Part shown: positions 46,830 to 59,119 of the stretch, piece by piece | Position numbering within the stretch: the stretch's first letter is position 1 | Layout of the letters: each line of letters starts with the position of its first letter | Assembly (NCBI RefSeq): GCF_006345805.1 | Contig: NC_043014.1 | Coordinates: forward strand, 46,004,001 to 46,068,000 | Source: Octopus sinensis | Taxonomy: Eukaryota | Reading direction: 5' to 3' | DNA length: 64,000 bases | Made by a program: the position numbers and the translations under genes | The notes under the pieces: model-generated | Databases searched by the model: none | What the model was told of the DNA's origin: nothing | Seen by the model: the letters and a program-made list of their open reading frames with translations, nothing else

Positions 46830-48470
46830 GTTCCCGCTATGCCATATTAACTACCACGTCTACCAACATCTACTCTTATGATACGAAGATACGAGCTTTC
46901 ATTCATGAAGCTGGAGTGTATTCCATCTCAGAGCAGTTGTTGGATTTGCTGCCCTCACCATCGCCACTGACCCAGAATCCTTTACCGACTAATACAACAG
47001 CCTCAAAAGAGCCGCCCTTATGAGAGTGTCCCTGAGTAGACCGACACCCACCCTTGGACTCCCCACCGAGTGCATATAAGTGTATATATATATTTCTTAA
47101 CTACCCACAAGGGGATAAACACAGAGGGGACAAACAAGGACAGACAAAGGGATTAAGTCGATTACATCGACCCCAGTGCGTAACTGGTACTTAATTTATC
47201 GACCTCGAAAGGATGAAAGGCAACGAAAGTCAGTATCGGCAAGAGATTATGCGGAACTGGTACTTAATTTATCGACCCCGAAAGATGAAAGGTAAAATCG
47301 ACCTCGGCGAAACTCAGACAGTAGCAGCAGACGAAATACATATTTCTTTACTACCCACAAGTTGGCTAAACACAGAGAGGACAAACAAGGACAGACAAAG
47401 GGATTAAGTCGATTACATCGACCCCAGTGCGTAACTGGTACTTTATTTATCGACCCCGAAAGGATGACAGGCAAAGTCGACCTCGGCGGAATTTGAACTC
47501 AGAACGTAACGACAGACGAAATACGGCTGCGCATTTCGCCCGGCGTGCTAACGTTTCTGCCAGCTTTGACGCTATATACACTAAACCTCCTCTAATTTCA
47601 TGAACGGAGACTTCGCCAGCATCTTTGTTTGTTGTAAATTCAGGGACCACATGGAAATCCAAAGAAGTCTTTGAGCTCAATACATAGAATGCTCATTTAC
47701 CAATCCCAAACTGGACGGCGTTTTACCCAGCAAGGCAATTTTTACAAGTTCAGAATCCAGACTGCATAAAATACCTTTGTGCATCGCACGACTCCCTAAC
47801 ACTCCCGTCTCCCAAACTGTAGTTGATCCTTTTGGTTTTTTTGCCAAAAGAATCGCCAACTTTGCAAAATCATTTTTTCCGCCACCTCTTTTTTTCCCCC
47901 GTTTTCTTTTTCTTGTTATTTTACGTATGTATACTTCGATATATAGGAGCAATTTTTTTCCTAATGTCGCAACAGATATGTCGGAAACATTGTTTGAACC
48001 ATTCGCAGTATCATAAAGAGGTACAGTGTTTCAAATCGGAAAGACCATCCAGCGGAGACGATTCCAAATTTGGACGATCTTCCATGATAGCGGACAGCAA
48101 TTACTTTCCGAAAATACGCGCTGTAATACAAAGAAATCATCGTCAGATTTTTTTCATGTTTTAGTTAGGCTAGAAGGCAGTGCCCATGACTCATTACAAG
48201 GTTTTCAAAACTGCTGGGAGGAAGAGAGGACGATATCTATAAACAGGAAATCCGGCTCTCGAATACTCGCCACAACGTGGAATCCGGTAAAAAGCATTCT
48301 AGATGCCAGGTGGCAAAGTTAAACCTAGCGACGGGTTAGGTCTACCACCCACGAAAGCTACTTACAACTATTGGCTAACTTGTACTTACAGTGGCATTTT
48401 CCTGAAGTGGGTTGAACCGGCTCCGACCAACGAGTTCAAAACGTTCCCCATGAATAGTGACCACGTCCGA
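46830..48470 (+). pseudogene. Highly decayed Ty3/Gypsy gag-pol remnant interrupted by SINEs
   Basis: gag-like SEQLLDLLPSP / YNSLKRAALMRVSLS; integrase-like DGLGLPPTKATYNYWLTCTYSGIFLKWVEPAP (compare DxVGPLPxxxGYxYLLTCIDRFTKWVEAxP). Confidence 0.45.
47088..47567 (-). mobile_element. Tandem/partial SINE family B copies
   Basis: Tail TATTTCTT(T/A)ACTACCCACAAG at ~47090 and ~47341; internal segment repeated. Confidence 0.85.
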
Positions 48471-48486
48471 TGGACAAATGCTCCAC

Positions 48487-48846
48487 TGGGCCAGCAACCG
48501 ACGCCGCAACCACGCCGCGACCGAACCCCCGCGAACGGGGGACGGCAGCCGGACGCGGCCGCAGCGTCGGACGCGAAGGAGAGCGGCGGCAATGGCAAGC
48601 CCGGGCCGCGCGCGGAGCTACCGACGACGGTTTCGGCGCCGCCGCGTTACCGGAAAAGCACTAATCGACGCGCTAGTTAGCAGGCCGGAGTCTCGTTCGT
48701 TATCGGAATCAACCAGACGGATCGCTCCACCAACTAAGAACGGCCATGCACCACCACCCACCGAATCGAGAAAGAGCTATCGATCTGTCAATCCTACCGG
48801 TGTCCGGACCGGGTGAGTTTTCCCGTGTTGAGTCAAATTAAGCCGC

Positions 48847-48892
<46 letters not shown>

Positions 48893-49090
48893 TGTTTTGC
48901 AACCATACTCCCCCCGGAACCGACTATGGTTTCCCGCGCAGGCTCCCCGCCGGGTCATCGAAGCGAACGCCGGCGGAGCGCCAGTCGGCATCGTTTACGG
49001 TCGGAACTACGACGGTATCTGATCGTCTTCGAACCTCCGACTTTCGCTCTTGATCGAGGAAAACGTGCTTGCCACACGCCGTCGCTGCAG
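48487..49090 (-). rRNA. 18S rRNA: Orphan 18S rRNA gene fragment (~600 bp, roughly V5-V7 including a GC-rich expansion)
   Basis: Universal motifs CCGTCAATTCCTTTAAGTTT, CGGCCATGCACCACC, GTGTTGAGTCAAATTAAGCCGCAGG, ACTACGACGGTATCTGATC; both ends truncated. Confidence 0.95.
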
Positions 49091-49398
49091 GCTTTATTGA
49101 GAAAATTCTATAGTTTGTAAGATATTTGTTGTTTTTTTTTCCTTCAATTTCTGCAACTTCAACCAATCAATGACGTCCATTGAGGTAAAAAAAAAGTGCC
49201 GTATGAATATGTCCCTCGTTTAAGAAACAGATTGGGTTTATTTACATTTGTGAAGAAAAAAAGATACCCTTTTCCCCACCCCTAACCCTAACCCTAAAAC
49301 AGATTGAAATGCAATAGATCGATACTAGGGTCATAATTATGGGTGACAATTTCATATGACACCGATAGAAAAAACTGCCGTTCAAACCGAAAAGATCC
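49091..49398 (+). mobile_element. 5'-truncated GGATC-terminal MITE joined directly to the 18S fragment
   Basis: Begins in the family interior GCTTTATTGAGAAAATTC and ends CCGAAAAGATCC. Confidence 0.85.
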
Positions 49399-49862
49399 TT
49401 TTTTTTTATCAATCTCGTAAAGATGAAAGGCTGATTCGAACTCAGAACGTAAAGAGCCGAAACTCATAATGCAAAGAGCCGTGAAGTACTCTGTCTGACA
49501 ATCTCCAGCCTCAATTCGCCGCCTGTGAGGTTTTTGAAGAAGTAGGCAACTGCGTAAGTTCGTGCCACGTGATTTTAAAAGAAAAACTGCAGAAGCATTG
49601 TTTATCTGACAAATCAACAAAAAGAAAGTCGAGAGATTGTTCGTCGAAAGCTGTTTGTTGATCGCTGGAATGCTGAGGAAACGTGCGTGTACAGTTCTTA
49701 CAAAAGACATTTGTCACAGAGGATCGGACCATCAACGCCACGACTAAACAGAACATGTCAGAGACGCTCAAACGTGAAGGCGATATAGTGATAGCTGTTT
49801 CTGATTGGAAGCGCGTCATTTACTGTATGTTCCCAGCAGACAGACAAGCAACAGCAACAAAA

Positions 49863-50240
49863 GGAGGCGCAATGGCCCAGTAGTTAGGGCAGCGGACTCG
49901 CGGTCGGAGTATCGCGGTTTCGATTCCCAAACCGGGCGTTTTGTGTGTTTATTGAGCAAAAACACCTAAGCGCTCCACGAAGCTGCGGCAGTGGGGGGGG
50001 GGCGACTCCTGTTGTACTCTTTCGCTCCAACTTTCTCTCACTCTTTTTTCCTGTTTCCTGTCCCCGACTTCCTACGCAACCACTGAGCCTGGATGCGCAT
50101 TCATTCATCTGTCGATGCTCTCGGTGTCGGGGGTTGACTTGCTTTCTCTTCTGCGGGTCTTATGAATAGCAAAGGACCAACGTTTCGGACTTCTCCCACA
50201 ACAGAGGCGCGATCTTGCGAGCTCTGGGACGAAGACCGCT
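49863..50240 (+). mobile_element. SINE family C
   Basis: GGAGGCGCAATGGCCCAGTAGTTAGGGCAGCGGACTCGCG head. Confidence 0.75.
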
Positions 50241-50959
50241 TCGCTCAACAAACAAGCAAACAAACAGCAACAACAACAATAATCATAATAATAACTGCCC
50301 TGATGCAATACCAAGCAGTGGCTCTCATGGCTTCTGATCTTAACTGATTGGAAGTGTTACCATGTACATTGTTTTGTCTCGGTATAAAAGATGGGCTACA
50401 GCAAATATTCTGCTCAATACCACAGATTTGCTTGTCAGTTGTTTGACCATAACCAGTTGAGCATGACCCTTAGTGGCTGACAATATGTGCATCTCTGAAC
50501 ATGAGCAGAAGTAGTTGGGGAGCACCATAGCCATGTGTTGAGAGGAATTCTTTGGGGTTTGGATAATTCACCTTAGGAAACATGGATGTGTCGTTCAACA
50601 TCCTTAAACAATCCTATTCGGGGACCTTTTAAGCGGGATGGGCTTACTCAACATGAAGAAAATTCTAACTGGGTCCTACCCGCAAGGTCATGTACTGTTT
50701 ATCTTGATATGAGATCACTCTGTCGCGCACATAGGGTTGTGATGCATGTGCCTGGTGTACCCTTATCAGACGGGTAGTCATGATGGGTATACTGAGTTTC
50801 GTATATTTGTACCCCAGTGTCACTTTGATGGCATGCACTACCCACCATGGGAAAGAGAAAACCATCGGTTACGTCAACTTAAAGGCGGGTGGGGTATAAT
50901 ATCGGCCATTGTTGAGATGAGTTTAAACTCAGTAATAAGTCCTGGTAGTTTTGCAGGTA

Positions 50960-51456
50960 AGAAAGCGCTGGTAAACATCCCCCAACAGTTGAAAGAAGAT
51001 ATATGCCCAGACTACAAAGGAAGAAGAATGGATACAAAAACTCGCAGGCTTATCTCTCTGATCTCACAATACCAGTAAAGTAATGTAAAGTATCGCCAGA
51101 AGGAAGAGGATGTCGTTCTTAGGAGACAACAAGCAACATGGCTTCCGTTCCGGATGAAGCTGTCTCACACAGCTACTACAGTATTATGGCTGGTTACTGA
51201 AACAATAGCTCAACCATTTAAGTGGAGGTAATGTATCTGGTCTTTACGAAGGTTTTCTATAAAGTTTATCACGGAAAGATATGTCACAAACTGCATGATT
51301 TCAAGATAACTGCAAAAGTAGGATAATGACTGCATGACTTTTTAGAAAGTTGGAGTCAGACGGTTGCAACTAAAAGTGCTCTCTCTGTTGGGTGACAATA
51401 ACTCATAGAGAAGTTCCTCAGGGAACCAGTACAGTTTGTAATAGCTCTCTCTCTCC

Positions 51457-51497
<41 letters not shown>

Positions 51498-51711
51498 GCA
51501 TGCATTCAATCATATAGTCAGACACTCTCACCGGCTACCTTGACGAAAGAAAAGTACTACAGACAGTGGTAAGTAGCTTGGTTACCAACCACATGGTTCC
51601 GAGTTCAGTCCCACTGCGTGGCACCTTGGGCAAGTGTCTTCTACTATAGCCTCGGGCCGACCAAAGCCCTGTGAGTGGATTTGGTAGACAGAAACTGAAA
51701 GAAGCCCGTCG

Positions 51712-51766
<55 letters not shown>

Positions 51767-52500
51767 TTATATATTATATATATATATATATTATATATAT
51801 GTGTGTGTGTGTGTGTTTGTCTGTGTTTGTCCCCCAATATCGCTTGACAACCGATGCTGGTGTGTTTACGTCCCCGTAACTTAGCGGTTCGGTGAAAGAG
51901 ACCGATAGAATAAGTACTAGGCTTACAAAGAATAAGTCCTGGGGGGTCGATTTGCTCGACTAAAGGCGGTGCTCCAGCATGGCCGCAGTCAAATGACTGA
52001 AACAAGTAAAAGAGAAAGAGAAAGAGAATCAAGAACCGTAAGATAATACAAAACTACAAAAAGAACTGAAAGCAATATAAAAACGGGCAGAAGGAAACAT
52101 GCGGTTTAATGCTAAAAAATTTCAAGCTCTGCTATCAGTCAATAGACAAATTGTAACAAGAATTCACACAGAACCAGGAAATATTGCAGTTATGGAGTCA
52201 CAATCAATCAGAGATATGGGAATCCATGGCGGTAACGAAACGTCATTCCCTGTGTATAGTATAGCAATGTCCGGGCGATTGGCGAGTTAGATTCTGAGAA
52301 CTTTCAGAACAGGCTAAAAGGAAACCACTCTGGTCAATTGGACAATATTTGTTCTCAGCCAAATTCAAATGCTGATCCGAAGTATGTCGCCACACCGCAT
52401 CAAACAAACAGCGGGCCTGGAGTCAAGCCAACGCTGTTGCACCAAGATGGCGTCAGTACAACAGAAAAACCTACTGCAAGAGGCTAAGACTGACGATCCC
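50960..52500 (+). pseudogene. Old CR1-clade RT remnant split by a microsatellite and a family A SINE (51565-52025)
   Basis: QHGFRSG*SCLTQLL, HGKICHKL..KVG, LQKELKAI..MRFNAKK, IRDMGI, LESSQR motifs with stops. Confidence 0.65.
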
Positions 52501-52532
52501 CCCTCAAGCGAAAACTCGAAAGATATATATAT

Positions 52533-52572
<40 letters not shown>

Positions 52573-52727
52573 TATATATATATATACAAAGAGCAATAAA
52601 GATTCATTAATTTAAAAAAAATTTCCTGATATGGTACTACTTAGATGCACCAAAAAAAACTATACTGATTTAACAATACAGTAATGTGGGTGATATAAGC
52701 GAGAAAGAAGCAACAAGAATGATAGTT

Positions 52728-52817
52728 TTTTAGTACGATCGTTTCATACAAGGACAGGTTTTATTAAAAGTTGCAAAGATTACAGCATATAACGAGTCCC
52801 GTACTCATCAGCTAAAA
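52728..52817 (-). ncRNA. Type I hammerhead ribozyme (canonical core)
   Basis: UUUUAG CUGAUGA GUACGGGAC..GUCCUUGUAU GAAAC GAUC GUA CUAAAA: 6-bp stem I, 9-bp stem II, palindromic ACGAUCGU stem III. Confidence 0.8.
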
Positions 52818-53190
52818 TACATGTAAGTTCTCTGACATCCTAGGCTTGAGGCTATACTCATGAAGTAATGTAGATAATTAAACACAGATTTCTAAAGTTC
52901 ATTAAAGTTCTTTAAAGATGATATAGTCTTATCACAGAATTTTAAAATTTTGATAGCATCACAAGAAGGTGAACCTAATCCATATGAATTTCCATAGATA
53001 TGATGAGGGATTATATACTCACAGAAACAAATTTATCCATTGTTATTAGCATTACAGAGAGGGTGAATTATCCTTTGTATATATGCACAGATTCCAATGG
53101 TGTAGATGTAATTTCCAGAGAAATGGAGATGATTTCATATATATATATTATATATATTAATCAAAATAAGCAACAAGGATATCCAGGTAG

Positions 53191-53278
53191 TGTAGTACAA
53201 TCGTTTCATGCTACTTCATTTTATTAAACACTGTAAGTATTACATCAGTTTTAAAATGTCGAGCAATCTTCAGCCACA
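53191..53278 (-). ncRNA. Type I hammerhead ribozyme (canonical core, 10.1-11.1 mismatch)
   Basis: UGUGG CUGAAGA UUGCU..AGCAU GAAAC GAUU GUA CUACA. Confidence 0.6.
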
Positions 53279-53429
53279 TATAGAATTTTTAATTAAATGG
53301 ACAATGTACATTTTTATACTTATTCATTGCCAACATTACAAAGAGGGTAGATATATAGACAGAGAGGTTAATTTCATCAATTCATAAATTTTGTTGAACT
53401 TACATATATATATATATGAAGGAAAAAAC

Positions 53430-53750
53430 CCTAAAAGCTAAAACCAGTACAAACGCACGAACGATGTCATAAATAACAGTGACAAACGAAATATATACCA
53501 CCAGAAGTTGTTGTTGACAAATAACAGCAGTAATTTTATTCAGCTGAATACACGTCATTGATTGGTTGAAATCACCGAAATACGACAACTTTAACACGAA
53601 ATAACTTTGAAAACAGAAACTTTTCTCAACAACACTAAGAGTAAAAGATGTTTTATATGACACGTTCAACCAGTGTCCGAAGATTGAAAGTGTTTAGTTA
53701 CAAAAAATTAATTTCTCGATCTGCCGTTCAAAGGGTATAAAGATCCCATC
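53430..53750 (-). mobile_element. Partial long-variant GGATC MITE arm
   Basis: Similar to 44100-44245 and ends CTGCCGTTCAAAGGGTATAAAGATCC. Confidence 0.6.
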
Positions 53751-54163
53751 GAGATTCTAGATTCTAGATTCTAGGAGAATAGTTCAGTACTGTAACAGCT
53801 TACGTACGGTTCAAGGCTCCACAGCTTTTCAATATCTTGGCAAAATCCTCATAAAAATCCAGACATAGATGTGGATGTATTCAAATATGACAAATTTTTA
53901 TCTAAGATACCAGGTGCAAGAAAAGCAAATGAGAGAGGCGTTCTCCAAACAAAACGTAGATTGTCGGGGAAATTAAATGAAACGGATTAATATTCACAGC
54001 AATGGCAATAACCTGACATGGCCACAGCTTCTGGCTGAAGCAAATAAAAGTATATACAAACATACATACATACATACATACATACATACATACATACATA
54101 CATACATACTACATACATACACACACATGTAAGTATATGTGTCATTGCTTGTGTGTGTATGTA

Positions 54164-54194
<31 letters not shown>

Positions 54195-54241
54195 TATATA
54201 TACAAATATATATATATACATATATATATACATATACAAAT

Positions 54242-54274
<33 letters not shown>

Positions 54275-55059
54275 CACACACATATATATATATATATACA
54301 CACACATACATATATATATATATATACACACACATACATATATATATATACATACATATATATATATAGATAGATACACACACAGACACACAGAGAGACA
54401 GACACACATACACATATACACACACACACAAACATATATACATACATATGGATGATATATGAATATACATGCATATATTTACATATACACACGTGTGTGT
54501 GTGTGTGTGTGTGTAAATAGAGATAGACAGAGAGAGAGGAGAAAGAGAAAGACTAAAAGTAAGCGAGCAAGAGAGAGAAAGAGAGAGACATTTATATATA
54601 GATTTATTGATGTGTATACATATAGACACACGCACACACACCACACACACACGTATACACACACACACACACGTACGCACACGCACGCACAAGAGCCATT
54701 GTTCTCTCATAGAAGTTAGTGTTGTCAAAGACAAAAAAAAACCACCAAAAGATAAAATAAAACATAATATAAAAAGAATAAAAAAAAGAAAGAAAGAAAA
54801 AAAAAGGCTACTGATAATAATAAAAGATTCCATTGTTACTAAAGTTTCCTGGGGCATGACAAAACAACATATAAAAAAGCAGGTCAGTTTTTCAAATCAA
54901 CAATTGAACAAAAGCAGACGACAGCAAGCCATTGGTGTCAAACGAAAAACACCGACTTTACGTTGCTGAGGAGCCTTTTTGCTTCTCTACTCCAATCCAC
55001 CACTTCTTGTAGATTCCTCCCCTTTTTTTCTCTGTGTGCGCGCGCGCGCATTGTGATTG

Positions 55060-55102
<43 letters not shown>

Positions 55103-55121
55103 ATCTATCTCTCTTTCTCTT

Positions 55122-55157
<36 letters not shown>

Positions 55158-55331
55158 CTCTTTTCTTTCTTTCTCTCTCCATGTACGTACCCACATATAC
55201 ACATGTACACATACATTCACACGCATACATACATACGTATGTATATCTTTCAATCTGTCTCTCTTTACCCCTCTTCGTCTGTTTCTGCTTCACTCTCTCT
55301 CTCACACACACACACACTCTCTCTCACACAC

Positions 55332-55367
<36 letters not shown>

Positions 55368-55943
55368 TCTCTCTCTCTCTCACACACACACACACTCTCT
55401 CATACTATCTCTCTCAGTATATCCCCTCTTTCTCTCCTCTTTCACAATCTAATCGTATCTCTGTCTCTCCTTTTCTATCTACCTGTATTTATTACATGAA
55501 ATGCTGTCGTACATTGGTGTAGCAATGAAAAATAAAAATTCAACGAAAAGAAACTGAAAAAGAAATTATTTGAAAAACATTAAACCGAAAGATGGCGTGT
55601 GAGTAACGAGCAGAGCCTGGTTGACAGGTTGTAACTGAGCATGCGTCAATAGGTGTCAGAGATCACAACAGGAAAGGTCACTTGACCTTCGGTTGTTAGG
55701 ATAATTCAGAATTTGTAGAGTGGAGAGTGGGGATTATTCCCATCGATCGGCTCTTGGTTTTTGACCCTCGATTGTGACACTTTCGTAATAAATATCCCAT
55801 GTCATTGTCCTGAGTATTTGTCGAATTTGTCGTTTTCCATATTCGTTGTAAAATCGTCACGTTTTTCTCTTTAATTTGCCCCCCCCTTCCTTTTGCCGAT
55901 TTTGTAGTAAAATAAGGAGCCTTTAGAGCAGCGACCATAAGTC

Positions 55944-56360
55944 GGATCTTTTCGGTTTGAACGGCATTTTTTTTTTAATAATTTCCACGTAACTAAACAT
56001 TTTTAAACTTCGTATTACTGGTAGAATGTGTTTATAAAACATCTTTTTCTCTTGGCTTTATTGAGAAAATTCTATAGTTTGTAAGATATTTGTTGGTTTT
56101 TTTTCTTCAATTTCTGCAATTTCAACCAATCAGTGACGTCTATTGAGGTGAAAACATTCTGTGCAGTATGAATATGTCCCTCGTTTAAGAAACAGATTGG
56201 GTTTATTTACATTTGTGAAGAAAAAAAGAAACCCTAACCCTAACTAACCCTAACCCTAAAACAGATTGAAATGCAATAGATCGATACTAGGGTCATAATT
56301 ATGGGTGATAATTTCATATGACACCGCTAGAAAAAACTGCCGTTCAAACCGAAAAGATCC
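55944..56360 (+). mobile_element. GGATC-terminal MITE, complete
   Basis: ~24-bp TIR GGATCTTTTCGGTTTGAACGGCA; about 4 TAACCC units inside; flanked by a ~41-bp direct repeat. Confidence 0.9.
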
Positions 56361-56810
56361 CGATTTTGTAGCAAAATGAGGAGCCTTTAGAGCAGCGATC
56401 CTGGGTCTTTTTCCTACCACGGACCCATTTTATGCATGATAACTTTTCCTCGGAAAGAGGGATCGCGTGCATTAAGAAGCACAATAAAGGGCATAATATA
56501 TAGCACATTGTGTACCATCCTGAAGGGTCTTTTTTTTTTAGTCGAACTTACCTTTTTAAAAGCCTTGTACATATTCTATCGCGCCCTTTTGCCAAACCTC
56601 TAAGGTACAGGGACGTAAACAAACCAGCAATTATATTTCTGTGCATATAATTTTTTCTTTTGAGATTTATGTAAGTTCTTCTTTGAAGAATTCCAGCGAA
56701 GAAAGCAAGACGGTCACTAACAAAGTGCTAAGCTTATTGTATGTATGTATGTATGTATGTTGTATGTATGTATGTATGTATGTATGTATGTATGTATGTA
56801 TGTCGCCATG

Positions 56811-56992
56811 ATAGATCGTTAGCCACTACACACATTTTTTCTCTCCTTGTTTCTTTCTGTATTCCTCTCTGTAGAAGAGCATAGGCTCGAAATGTTAAAG
56901 ACTTTTTCTATTCCTGAGCGTTATACTAATACATCTGTTTGTTTTCTACACCACCTGTCTTCGTCTTTTGTTTTTTTCGTGAATTCTCCCTA
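56811..56992 (+). mobile_element. Short pLTR-like element with minimal hammerhead variant (56863-56902)
   Basis: CUGUAGA A GAGC AUAG GCUC GAAAU GUU AAAG; homologous to 34420-34614; flanked by (TATG)n. Confidence 0.6.
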
Positions 56993-57479
56993 TGTATGTA
57001 TGTATGTATGTATGTATGTACGTATGTATGTATGTATGTATGTATGTATGTATGTATGTATGTATGTATGTATGTATGTACGTACGTATTTATGTATGTG
57101 TGTATATACGTATGTATGTATGTATGTATGCATGCATGCATGTATGTATGTATGTATTGTATGTATGTATGTATGTATGTATGTATGCATGCATGCATGT
57201 ATGTATGTATGTATGTATGTATGTATGCATGCATGTATGTGTGTGTGTATGTATGTATGTGTGTATGTATGTATGTATGTATGTATGTATGTATGTATGT
57301 ATGTATGTATGTATGTATGTATGTCAGTACATACACGTTTCCTGTGTTAGGACCAGCGACATAACTAACAATAATATAACATTGTTTCGTATTCATATTA
57401 ATAAACTGCGGGAAACACTTAATATGTTCCTCTGCTCGGATTATTGTTGTCACATGTGATTCCATTCTACCACTTTGAT

Positions 57480-57880
57480 CTTACTCTTTTACTCTTTTAC
57501 TTGTTTCAGTCATTTGACTGCGGCCATGCTGGAGCACCACCTTTAGTCGAGCAAATCGACCCCGGGACTTATTCTTTTGTAAGCCCAGTACTTATTCCAT
57601 CGGTCTCTTTTGCCGAACCGCTAGGTGACGGGGATGTAAACACACCAGCATCGGTTGTCAAGCAATGCTAGGGGGACAAACACACACACGCATATATATA
57701 TATACATACATATATACGACAGGCTTCTTTCAGTTTCCGTCTACCAAATCCACTCACAAGGCTTTGGTCGGCCCGAGGCTATAGCAGAAGACACTTTGCC
57801 CAAGATGCCACGCAGTGGGACTGAACCCGGAACCATGTGGTTGGTTAGCAAGCTACTTACCACACAGCCACTCCTGCGCC
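57480..57880 (-). mobile_element. SINE family A, full length
   Basis: Reverse complement of consensus. Confidence 0.85.
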
Positions 57881-58234
57881 TGACCAATTTAAAAGGAGTC
57901 AAAGTCGGAGCCACTATCAAGGTGGTAGATTGTGATCTGCTAGAGTTAACAGTAAAATCTGCTTCGAACTACACGATTGCGTCTAGATCAATGTAATCTT
58001 AAATACTGCGTGTTTGAAAAGAAAACGGCCGAATATTTATCACTGGAGGACTTTTAATCATACGTTAGGTCAATCAGAGCTCACTTGGAACTAAACCTGT
58101 CGACCATTTTGACACCGCTTCTTAGCACTTGGTTACTTTGAGTAGGGTCTATTTTGTTTTAGGCATTCGGGCCAAGGGTCTGTTTTAAGGATTATCCCTG
58201 AATTGGGGTAGGTTAATTCCTCATTAAAGTCACG

Positions 58235-58647
58235 GGATCTTTTCGGTTTGAACGGCAGTTTTTAACATAATTTCTAGGTAACTAAAGAATTTTAAACTTC
58301 GTATACTGGTAGAATGTGTTTATAAAACATCTTTTTCTCTTGGCTTTATTGAGAAAATTCTATAGTCTGTAAGATATCTGTTGTTTTTTTTTTCTTCAAT
58401 TTCTGCAATTTCAACCAATCAGTGACGTCTATTGAGTTAAAAAGCATTCTGTGCCGTATGAAAATGTCCCTTGTTTAAGAAACAGAATGGGTTTATTTAA
58501 ATTTGTGAAGAAAAAAAGATACCCTTCCCTCCACCCCTAACCCTAAAACAGATTGAAATGCAATAGATCGATTCTAGGGTCATAATTATGGGTAACAATT
58601 TCATATGACACTGCTAGAAAAAACTGCCGTTCAAACCGAAAAGATCC
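58235..58647 (+). mobile_element. GGATC-terminal MITE with 8-bp TSD
   Basis: 24-bp TIRs; AAGTCACG at 58227-58234 and 58648-58655. Confidence 0.92.
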
Positions 58648-58735
58648 AAGTCACGTACCCTAGTTAGGTCCATTGGAACTGCTTCGAACTAAGCGAAAGT
58701 GTCTTTAATAAAAGAAAGAACACATTTGATAAATG

Positions 58736-59119
58736 TGTAGCGGCACAAGCAGCCAGCGCCATATTGGATGAGATCTCGCGGCAGCCATTGCCATCTCCGA
58801 GACTGGAGCGAGACCTCACCTGCATCAATTTGCCATGCGCGAGATCACGAGGCTCGTGGTGGAGAAAACTAACTACATAAAGGGAAAACCCTCTTCAAAT
58901 TTCTCTTCTTCGGCGCCACTACACAACAGCACTGGCTGAACAACACCACTGGCTGTAGGTTTCTGCCTGTCTATCTCCAGAGGCAATGCGCCCACACTAT
59001 TCGGGGCTTAAGATGGTAGCTGAGAGCAGCACACTTCACCTTTCCTGTAAATAAACCAACTGTAAATAGCAGTTGTAGTTGATGCCTTTTCTCTTCGGCT
59101 GCTGGAAGCCTGAACTACA
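58736..59119 (+). mobile_element. Probable solo LTR
   Basis: TGTAG...CTACA inverted termini, internal AATAAA, GC-richer than flanks; no TSD found. Confidence 0.45.

Noticed and set aside
48303-49166. ORFs of 80-125 aa
   Set aside because: Mostly spurious frames over the 18S rRNA fragment; only the first ~55 codons of 48303 resemble Gypsy integrase
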